Shown here one piece after another: positions 1 to 6,545 of a DNA stretch of 32,382 nt (its first letter is position 1; each line of letters starts with the position of its first letter). The stretch is taken from contig DASYTB010000275.1 in NCBI GenBank assembly GCA_036002705.1, forward strand, positions 1 to 32,382. The letters run 5' to 3'. The position numbers and the translations under genes were made by a program. Origin of the DNA: Verrucomicrobiia bacterium (GTDB lineage: Bacteria > Verrucomicrobiota > Verrucomicrobiia > Limisphaerales > SXQI01). Below the pieces are notes generated by a model. That model saw nothing but the letters and a program-made list of their open reading frames with translations. It did no database searches and was not told the DNA's origin.

Positions 1-1017
1 ATTGGGAGTGATTCGCTTGCCCTGGAGAAGGCCGTGATACGCGCGGACGGCTTCTTCCGGGCTGATGCGGCCTTCGGTGATGAGGCGGAGCATTTCGATA
101 AAGGCCAGTTGATGCTCGGCGTTGTTGATCTTGCGGCCGAAAAGGGCAACTCGCGCGCCGTACTTTTGCGCGTCGTGGATAAGTTTGAAAGCATCGTAAG
201 TGGTGCCGGCGCTTCCGCCGAGAATGCCGACCACCAAGTTGGGATCGTATTGGGCCAGCTCTTCCATCGCTTGGGGGCCGTGATACACGATCTTCAGGAA
301 GATCGGCCGGCCAGCGTCGGACACGCCCGCGAGCGTCCGAATGATATTATCATTAATGAATTCGCCGAGCTTTTCGGGCGCAATGCCGCTAGCGACATTC
401 GGATCGAAGACTTCGAGAAAATGGCGGAATTTTTTTTGTTCGGCCTCTTCGCGAAAGGCTTTGTAAGAAAGCAACGTTTCCCGGTCTTGCGCCAGATCGT
501 TGACGAAAGTGACGGAGTAGAGGCCGAGATTCGCACCGGGGACCTCATCCATGGTGCGATCGCAATCGAGTTGACCGCATTGAATATGGTCGATGCTGGC
601 GCTGCGGAAAGGTTGGGCGGGTTCGGCCACGTAACATCCGTGACGGATCGCCCAAACGTCAGTGGTATCGTTGGCGCGCGCGGCGGGAGTAACCTGGGAG
701 TTCTTGAAGAGTCCCTCTTTGATCGAAAGTTGCTCACTGACGTAGGCGGACATGAGCATGATGTCCACGAGGCCTTGATGGACCACTTCGCGGATGATAT
801 CAAGAAACTCGGGCAGATTACGGTAGCCATATTCCTGACGGTTCCAGACTTCCGGCGAAAACCGCGCGGGCCGGGCGCCCTGGCGGGAGAGATAACCGCG
901 CGGTCCGGGCGCTCGCACGCCGAACGCCATGTCAGCATCCTTCGCGTCCGCGAGGATGAAAGCGCGCGAAGCGGGGTTGGCGCGGATTTCAGCGAGTTTT
1001 GTGTCGAGGGATTTCAT
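1..1017 (-). CDS. Partial CDS (3' end beyond window edge): class I aldolase-like TIM-barrel protein (DeoC/LacD/FbaB-like), function uncertain
   Basis: The minus-strand frame is open for all 339 codons from ATG (1017-1015) to nt 1, checked triplet by triplet. It is absent from the supplied track because it has no stop inside the window. Translation: MKSLDTKLAEIRANPASRAFILADAKDADMAFG...RPIFLKIVYHG...VVGILGGSAGTTYDAFKLIHDAQKYGARVALFGRKINN. The LK (possible Schiff-base Lys) and the C-terminal GG...GA....GR pattern resemble DeoC/LacD/FbaB class I aldolases. The family call is from memory only. Confidence 0.6.
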   Translation of the reverse strand, partial: MKSLDTKLAEIRANPASRAFILADAKDADMAFGVRAPGPRGYLSRQGARPARFSPEVWNRQEYGYRNLPEFLDIIREVVHQGLVDIMLMSAYVSEQLSIKEGLFKNSQVTPAARANDTTDVWAIRHGCYVAEPAQPFRSASIDHIQCGQLDCDRTMDEVPGANLGLYSVTFVNDLAQDRETLLSYKAFREEAEQKKFRHFLEVFDPNVASGIAPEKLGEFINDNIIRTLAGVSDAGRPIFLKIVYHGPQAMEELAQYDPNLVVGILGGSAGTTYDAFKLIHDAQKYGARVALFGRKINNAEHQLAFIEMLRLITEGRISPEEAVRAYHGLLQGKRITPN

Positions 1018-1030
1018 GTGCCAGATCGAT

Positions 1031-1540
1031 TTATGGCTGCGAGGGGTGCTCACCAACGCCCTCCAAGACCTTCCGATAAAAGGCCGCACCCATATGGAAA
1101 TTCGTTTCTGCAAGCAGCCGATCAAGAAGCGATTTCAAGTTTGTTAAGTGGCCTTCCCGTTTTGCCCGACTAAGAATACCCAGCGTTTCTGAAACTGTGA
1201 CTCCGAGATGCTCGGCGGTCGCGCGCGCGTCGGAATCATCGTTCAAAAGAACCGCTCGAAGCTCAGTCGCGAGCAGGATGGCTTCGATTTCGCCTTGCCC
1301 AAGGCGAGAGGAGGACGGCAATATGGTTTGTGAAGAACTGGGGGCCTTGCATTCGATCCAACCTTGAGTCACCGCGAGCTGAAGATTTTCTGACTCAGGT
1401 AAACCTTTTCCACCCACGGTGATTTCCTGCCAAACCGCCGCGGGCACGATGACTCGATCGTAAAGAGTGCGAAGGGGGGAGAAAAGTCCCAGCCTTGTGA
1501 GATAAATAAGCGGCGAGGTATCAGACACAACCGCCTGCAT
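1031..1540 (-). CDS. PIN-like nuclease toxin candidate (DUF3368 family)
   Basis: 169-aa ORF. The N-terminus MQAVVSDTSPLIYLTRLGLFSPLRTLYDRVIVPAAVWQEI fits the DUF3368/PIN-like pattern (D.SPLI.L......L..L.....iP..V..E). It overlaps the upstream small ORF by 20 nt. Confidence 0.72.
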   Translation of the reverse strand: MQAVVSDTSPLIYLTRLGLFSPLRTLYDRVIVPAAVWQEITVGGKGLPESENLQLAVTQGWIECKAPSSSQTILPSSSRLGQGEIEAILLATELRAVLLNDDSDARATAEHLGVTVSETLGILSRAKREGHLTNLKSLLDRLLAETNFHMGAAFYRKVLEGVGEHPSQP

Positions 1541-1781
1541 ACGTTAGATCTTGCTTGAGCATCTGCTCTGTATATTCCCGAGCCACACCGCGATCCCGCA
1601 GCAGATCCATAAAACGACCGATGTATAGTTCGGCAAACTGCGCCGCTTTGCCTGTGCTCCACTTTCCTTCGCGATACATTTCAATGGCCAGCTCAAGCTT
1701 TGCGTTGCGGCGGACTTCGTCGGCGCTCTCACCAAAGCTTCGGGCGTATTCCTCCGGAATTTCAAGAGTCACGCTGTTCAT
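1521..1781 (-). CDS. UPF0175-family antitoxin candidate
   Basis: 86-aa ORF. LELAIEMYREGKWSTGKAAQFAELYIGRFMDLLRDRGV fits the UPF0175 pattern usually paired with DUF3368. The 20-nt overlap with the toxin ORF is typical of a type II TA layout. Confidence 0.72.
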   Translation of the reverse strand: MNSVTLEIPEEYARSFGESADEVRRNAKLELAIEMYREGKWSTGKAAQFAELYIGRFMDLLRDRGVAREYTEQMLKQDLTYAGGCV

Positions 1782-1828
1782 ATTCCGTCAATCTAATAGA
1801 TCACATCCCCGCTGGAGAGAAAGAAGGT

Positions 1829-2755
1829 TTATCCCCCTACCTTGGTTAAAGTGTCCTTGAGCGCCTTGCCGGAGTTCTGCAAGGCCATCATCTCTTTCGG
1901 CCAGAGTTTGATCTCGACGTGTTTCTGAACACCGGATCTGCCCACGACGCTGGGCACGCTCAAACAGATGTCACGAATATCGTAAGCTCCCTGGACAAGC
2001 GAGGAAACGGGCAGGAGCGTTTTTTTGTTCAGAAGCACAGCGTGGACGACTTCGCGGATCGCCACTCCCACGGCCCAACCCGCGCCGCCCTTGCGTTTAA
2101 TGACTTCGGCGCCGCTGCCTTTGGTTCGTTCGAAAACGGCATTTTGAAAACTCGGCGTGAACTCGGGCAGGCCAGCGAGTGGAAGTCCATTGACCGTGGC
2201 GCTGGACCAGATCGGGACCATTGAATCACCGTGTTCACCCAGAATGAGAGATTTCACCTGAGTGGGAGCGAGCTTCAGTTCCTCCGCGACAAAAGAGCTG
2301 AAACGAGAGGTATCCAGCATCGTGCCGAGGCCATAGACCTGTTGCCACGGCAGGCCAAGACGTTTCACGGCGAGCCGAGTCAGAATATCCACGGGATTCG
2401 AGACCACAAAGATATGGGCATCTTTTCGCATTCCCGCGGATTTGATGCTTTCGAGAATTTGATTGAAAAGCGTGACGTTCCGATTGATCAAGTCGAGCCG
2501 GGACTCATCGGGTTTGCGACGCAATCCCGCGGTGATGAGGAAAATGTCGCTGTCGGCCGCACGCGCGTAATCACCCGCGTAAATTCGCTGGTCACCGCAA
2601 AAAGCGCTGCCATGCAACAGGTCCAACGCCTCGCCTTGGGCCATATCCTGATTGGCGTCGAGGATTTGTATCTCGGCAACGAGGCCCGCACATTGTAGAG
2701 CAAACGCTGCGCACGATCCAACACGTCCGCCACCGCCTATAATTGCAACTTTCAT
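1829..2755 (-). CDS. LDH/MDH-family NAD-dependent 2-hydroxyacid dehydrogenase (last gene of BMC operon)
   Basis: 308 aa. Motifs: Rossmann MKVAIIGGGGRVG, substrate loop ITAGLRRKPDESRLDL, LDTSR, catalytic GEHGDS. It starts 4 nt after the aldolase stop. Confidence 0.9.
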   Translation of the reverse strand: MKVAIIGGGGRVGSCAAFALQCAGLVAEIQILDANQDMAQGEALDLLHGSAFCGDQRIYAGDYARAADSDIFLITAGLRRKPDESRLDLINRNVTLFNQILESIKSAGMRKDAHIFVVSNPVDILTRLAVKRLGLPWQQVYGLGTMLDTSRFSSFVAEELKLAPTQVKSLILGEHGDSMVPIWSSATVNGLPLAGLPEFTPSFQNAVFERTKGSGAEVIKRKGGAGWAVGVAIREVVHAVLLNKKTLLPVSSLVQGAYDIRDICLSVPSVVGRSGVQKHVEIKLWPKEMMALQNSGKALKDTLTKVGG

Positions 2756-2759
2756 TCAG

Positions 2760-3812
2760 CTACTTTGTTTGGCTCATTATCTGATCCGTAATCGCTCGGA
2801 CCATTGCTTCGATCTCATGGTCAGCTCCGGATGCGGGAGTTGCTTCATTTCCTGGGACGGTGCAACTTACTCCCGGACGCCAATCCGAGTTATCACAAAG
2901 TTCGCATTCTTTCAGCCCGTGACGCGGATCCGGAATACCGAGGCTCTGCTTGATCTTCAGCAAATCCTGTAACTGGGGCGTGGTCATTGATTTGGACGGC
3001 ACGCCTAATTGCGAAGCGATGAGCACCGTGTGGCAATAGGCCTCGAGGATCTCCATTTTGAAGTAGGCGTCTTCGACATTGTTGTGGCTCCAGGCGACCA
3101 CGCCGTGATTGGCCATCAGAATGGTGTTGTGTTTGTCCACGAGGTCCGCGACGAGTTTGCCCATTTCCGGAGTTCCCGGGGTTCGATAAGGCGCCACAGC
3201 GACCGACGAAAAGACCTCGTACTCGGGGATCATGCAGGGCGGCGGTGTCATTCCCGCAACTGCAAAAGCGGTGCTGTAGGGCGGATGACAATGGACTGTC
3301 GCGAGCGCGCGGGGTTGACGCAACATAATTTGGAGATGCATCAGGATTTCGCTCGTGCGCCTTTTCGCGCCGCAAAGCTGGTTGCCTTCAAAGTCCACGA
3401 AGCACATGTCTTCGGGCTTCATGAAGCCTTTGCTGACGAGCGTCGGAGTGCAGAGCGCGATCTCCTCACCCACGCGAATGGCAATATTGCCGCCGTTGCC
3501 GTCCACATAGGCGCGCTGCCAGAGGCGGCGTCCAATATCGCAGATTTGCACCTTCAGTTCGTGGATGTGCGGCGAGTTAAAGAGGGCGTCGATCTCCGCT
3601 TTCGGGCTCTTCGAGCTAAGCAGTTTGGCGGGCTGGGCCAGGGAGGCACTTGCCGGTAGGGGCTTGGCCACTCCGTTTCGATTTCCGTTCTGCCAATCGC
3701 GCAACAGCTCGCGCGCGGAAGGGGTGATAATTGCATCGCCGGGCAGGGTGCCGGGATCGCCGCCGCCGCGAAGCAATTCTTCAATATCTCTTGCACTGAT
3801 GACCTGTTTCAT
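2760..3812 (-). CDS. Class II aldolase (fuculose/rhamnulose-1-phosphate aldolase-like) with N- and C-terminal extensions; BMC signature enzyme
   Basis: 350 aa. The core (about residues 80-275) carries GNGGNIAIR, TVHCHPPY and MANHGVVAW, typical of the class II aldolase/adducin-head fold. There are roughly 75 extra residues at the N-terminus and roughly 70 at the C-terminus. The start forms an ATGA overlap with the BMC-P stop (3809-3812). Confidence 0.9.
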   Translation of the reverse strand: MKQVISARDIEELLRGGGDPGTLPGDAIITPSARELLRDWQNGNRNGVAKPLPASASLAQPAKLLSSKSPKAEIDALFNSPHIHELKVQICDIGRRLWQRAYVDGNGGNIAIRVGEEIALCTPTLVSKGFMKPEDMCFVDFEGNQLCGAKRRTSEILMHLQIMLRQPRALATVHCHPPYSTAFAVAGMTPPPCMIPEYEVFSSVAVAPYRTPGTPEMGKLVADLVDKHNTILMANHGVVAWSHNNVEDAYFKMEILEAYCHTVLIASQLGVPSKSMTTPQLQDLLKIKQSLGIPDPRHGLKECELCDNSDWRPGVSCTVPGNEATPASGADHEIEAMVRAITDQIMSQTK

Positions 3813-4114
3813 TTCGTAAAGGGCGAATAGAAAATTTCGTCGATGAGCGCGGTGTTGATGGCGTCCACGGGAGTTGGCTTTTCAAACGGCTGCGCGGCTT
3901 CGCGGCCTTCGACATAACCGATTGTCTGCCCAACACCACCGCCCAGATCGTCGTAAACCACGAGACTCGGCTCTTTCCCAGAGCCGAGCGGTTCCTGAGC
4001 GCCGCGCCGATAATCTTCGCGCGTGAAGGGTGACACAATCAGCCAGCGAGCGCCTTCGAAGGGGGGCGTCACCTGGCTCAGAATGACTCGACCAATAACA
4101 GCGCCCAGCTTCAT
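3809..4114 (-). CDS. BMC-P (EutN/CcmL-family pentameric vertex protein), divergent paralogue
   Basis: 101 aa. MKLGAVIGRVILSQV...LVVYDDLGGGVGQTIGYVEG...VDAINTALID fits the EutN/CcmL fold pattern. ATGA overlaps occur at both ends (4111-4114 and 3809-3812). Confidence 0.82.
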   Translation of the reverse strand: MKLGAVIGRVILSQVTPPFEGARWLIVSPFTREDYRRGAQEPLGSGKEPSLVVYDDLGGGVGQTIGYVEGREAAQPFEKPTPVDAINTALIDEIFYSPFTK

Positions 4115-4389
4115 ACCGGCACTCCAGGCTCGTTCTCGTCCACGATTCCGACAATCAGCCAGCGCACCGGGCTTTTGTCGTCGCCTACAGTCCTGCGCGC
4201 CGACAAACCATCCGACGAAATGATCACTCGTTGATGGATTCCCGCCCCGTGCGAATCAATGGCCACCTGCGGCGCGCCTTCGGGTTCGCCGGCGGAGCCG
4301 ATCGGCTGGCAGACGACAAGGCGCCAACCTTGCAAGCTGGGGTGCTTGCGGGTGGCGACGACGTTTCCTTCAACGCGAGCTAGGTACAT
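4111..4389 (-). CDS. BMC-P (EutN/CcmL-family vertex protein)
   Basis: 92 aa. MYLARVEGNVVATRKHPSLQGWRLVVCQP...AIDSHGAGIHQRVIISSDG...VRWLIVGIVD is the classic EutN/CcmL pattern. Confidence 0.9.
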   Translation of the reverse strand: MYLARVEGNVVATRKHPSLQGWRLVVCQPIGSAGEPEGAPQVAIDSHGAGIHQRVIISSDGLSARRTVGDDKSPVRWLIVGIVDENEPGVPV

Positions 4390-4397
4390 ACGGTTCC

Positions 4398-4505
4398 AAA
4401 TCCGAAGGTCGAAATCCGAATACCGAAGATTGAAGAGCTAAACTCATTGTGTTCCAATTTGGATTTCGACGTTGTTTCCGCATTCGGATTTCCGACCTCG
4501 GGTTT
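4398..4505. repeat. Imperfect inverted repeat (24-nt arms, about 60-nt loop) in the aldehyde dehydrogenase / BMC-P spacer
   Basis: 4398-4421 (AAATCCGAAGGTCGAAATCCGAAT) versus 4482-4505 (ATTCGGATTTCCGACCTCGGGTTT): 22 complementary positions with two 1-nt bulges and one mismatch. A further unit, TTGGATTTCGAC, sits at 4459-4470. Confidence 0.65.
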
Positions 4506-6001
4506 TAATAAATCCTCAAATTATCGACCATTACACACCGTCGCACCCGGCAGAAGGTTTTTGGATTCGTGACGCCTTCGCCAGTCGGTGTGGCAATCGA
4601 GTAGCTCAGATAGCCTTCTCCGCCCAGGCCAAGTCCGGCCATGCAGGGGCCATTCTTAATGAAGAGCGTCGTGTCCATGGCGCGGGCCATCGCGGTCATG
4701 TTCTCGACATCGTGCGAATGGATGATGCTCGTGTGTTTGTAATTGTGCTCGGCTTCGAGAGAATGCTGGATGCCTTCCTCAATGCTTTTCACCCGCACCA
4801 CGGGAATGAAAGGCATCATCTGTTCCTCGACGACGAAGGCGTGATTCGCGTCCGTCTCGGCGAAGAGCAGTTGGGTGCCGGAAGAAATATTCACTCCGGC
4901 GGCGCGGGCCAGGACGGCAGGATCTTTGCCGATGAAATCCTTGTTCAAGACGGTGTGGCCGCAACCATGCGCGCCTTGTCCTTCTTTAAAGGTGAAGACG
5001 GCCTTGGTTAGCGCCTCCAGTTGGGCTGAGTTGAGGCGCACCGCGCCATTCTTTTCCATCTCTGACATCAACTTGTCGGCGATGTTATCGAGCGCGAAAA
5101 CTTCCTTCTCGCCGATGCAGAGGAGGTTGTTATCGTAGGATGCGCCCTGGATGATCGCGCGAGCGGCGCGCTTCATGCACGCCGTGTCATCCACGAGCAC
5201 GGGGGGATTTCCAGGACCGGCACAGATCGCTCGTTTGCCGGTTTGCATCGCCGCTTTGACGACACCAGGTCCGCCCGTGACGCAAAGGAGACGCACCGCT
5301 TCGTGCTTGCAGATCGCATCGAAGCTCTCGAGCGTCGGTTTCTCGACAATGCAGGCGACATTCTCGATCCCTGTCTCGCGATGGATTGCTTCATTATAGG
5401 CGCGGACGGCCGTGGCTGCGCAACGCGCGGCGGCGGGATGAGCATTGAAGACGACGGTATTACCCGCCGCGACGATATTGACGATATTCCCGCTGAGCGT
5501 GGGGATGGAATGAGTTGAGGGCGTGATCGCGGCCACAACTCCAAAAGGAGTGTATTCCTCCAGGGTAATACCGTGATCACCGCTGCGGCCATCGGGTCGA
5601 AGCCAATCCACGCCCGGGACCAGTTTGATAATCTGAAGCTTCTCGATCTTGTGATCGAGCCGTCCGATTTTAGTTTCGTCTAATTCAAGGCGGCCCCAGG
5701 CTTCCGCGTTTTTCTCCGCCAGACCCTTGACGATTTCTTCGACTTTGCGGCGCGCCGCGACTCCTTTCTGCCGAAGCTGTTCGAAAGCCTCTTGCGCCGC
5801 GACGCAAGCCTCGTTCGCGTCCTGGAAGACGCCGAATTTCCCCCGGAGCGCGGTCCCCGAAGCACGACCTTTTCCGTTGCAGCCGCAATCGTGTTGCCCG
5901 GGCGCGGAACCTGGCGGCAACGCTATCGGCGCGCCATTAAGGCGACTAAGGACTTCCGTGACAACGTCACGGATCAAAGTTTCGTTGACAGATGAATTCA
6001 T
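4505..6001 (-). CDS. CoA-acylating aldehyde dehydrogenase (PduP/EutE-like) with N-terminal encapsulation-peptide-like helix
   Basis: 498 aa. ALDH fold with catalytic Cys in NNLLCIGEKEVF and the GNPPVLVD motif. The N-terminus ETLIRDVVTEVLSRL is followed by a Pro/Gly-rich linker. Confidence 0.92.
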   Translation of the reverse strand: MNSSVNETLIRDVVTEVLSRLNGAPIALPPGSAPGQHDCGCNGKGRASGTALRGKFGVFQDANEACVAAQEAFEQLRQKGVAARRKVEEIVKGLAEKNAEAWGRLELDETKIGRLDHKIEKLQIIKLVPGVDWLRPDGRSGDHGITLEEYTPFGVVAAITPSTHSIPTLSGNIVNIVAAGNTVVFNAHPAAARCAATAVRAYNEAIHRETGIENVACIVEKPTLESFDAICKHEAVRLLCVTGGPGVVKAAMQTGKRAICAGPGNPPVLVDDTACMKRAARAIIQGASYDNNLLCIGEKEVFALDNIADKLMSEMEKNGAVRLNSAQLEALTKAVFTFKEGQGAHGCGHTVLNKDFIGKDPAVLARAAGVNISSGTQLLFAETDANHAFVVEEQMMPFIPVVRVKSIEEGIQHSLEAEHNYKHTSIIHSHDVENMTAMARAMDTTLFIKNGPCMAGLGLGGEGYLSYSIATPTGEGVTNPKTFCRVRRCVMVDNLRIY

Positions 6002-6104
6002 AGATTCTCAACTACGAATGAACACAAATTCACACAAAGAACTGCAATGATTCTCCGCGTAAGTTAGCGCATGCCCGGCAGCAGATTCGTGTTTATTCAC
6101 GGTT

Positions 6105-6416
6105 TTAGGTTTTCGCGTTGTAGAGCGTCTTCCCCAGCACATCGACGGTATCAACAATCCCGATGATCACCGCATCGACCGGCGCTTCCTTCAGGCCGGG
6201 CGCGAGCCGGGCGGAACTGCCCTGGCAAAAGAGGACCATCTCGCCGATTCCCGCGCCGAGGCTATCCACCGCGACGATAGTGTTTGAGCCGGGGCGGAAT
6301 TTCGCTGGATCCTTTTCGTCCACCAGTTGAGGGCGGAGCAGGAGCAGCTTGCGGCCTTCCATGCCCGGATCCTTTTTCGTGGAAACGACCGAACCTTCAA
6401 CTTTGGCGAGGAACAT
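6105..6416 (-). CDS. BMC-P (EutN/CcmL-family vertex protein)
   Basis: 103 aa. MFLAKVEGSVVSTKKDPGMEGRKLLLLRP...AVDSLGAGIGEMVLFCQGSSAR...VDAVIIGIVD. Confidence 0.9.
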   Translation of the reverse strand: MFLAKVEGSVVSTKKDPGMEGRKLLLLRPQLVDEKDPAKFRPGSNTIVAVDSLGAGIGEMVLFCQGSSARLAPGLKEAPVDAVIIGIVDTVDVLGKTLYNAKT

Positions 6417-6420
6417 GGTA

Positions 6421-6526
6421 AAGTCCGAAATTCGAAGTCCGAAAGCCGAGAAAATACCGAAAACCGAGGTGCCCGAAGCTGCCGTCTCTGCAGGAGCGGA
6501 TTTCGGGTTTCGGATTTCGGATTTCC
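6421..6526. repeat. Inverted array of degenerate TCCGAAA units versus four tandem GGRTTTC heptamers in the BMC-H / BMC-P spacer
   Basis: 6498-6525 is GGATTTC GGGTTTC GGATTTC GGATTTC. 6421-6479 holds opposite-sense units (GTCCGAAA, TTCGAA, GTCCGAAA, GCCGAG, ACCGAAAA, CCGAGG, CCCGAAG). The two runs can pair into a long imperfect stem. Confidence 0.65.
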
Positions 6527-6545
6527 AGAGACATTCTGGGTTAGC

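Noticed and set aside
34-1173. 379-aa plus-strand ORF, the longest tracked ORF at the left edge
   Set aside because: It is the antisense shadow of the open minus-strand frame 1-1017, which has recognisable aldolase-like motifs. The plus-frame product is low-complexity with no recognisable family and would overlap the toxin gene.
6016-6098. 10-nt complementarity, GAATGAACAC (6016-6025) / GTGTTTATTC (6089-6098), in the BMC-P / aldehyde dehydrogenase spacer
   Set aside because: It is a single short stem with an A-C mismatch on the mRNA strand and a 63-nt loop. It does not share the motif of the other two spacers and is compatible with chance.
4396-6526. Considered whether the TCCGAAA/GGRTTTC repeats are a degenerate CRISPR array or a MITE pair
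   Set aside because: The units are 7-8 nt and tandem or inverted, without unique spacers of regular length. The two sites are 2 kb apart inside an operon, and no cas or transposase genes are present. I kept them as structured intergenic repeats instead.
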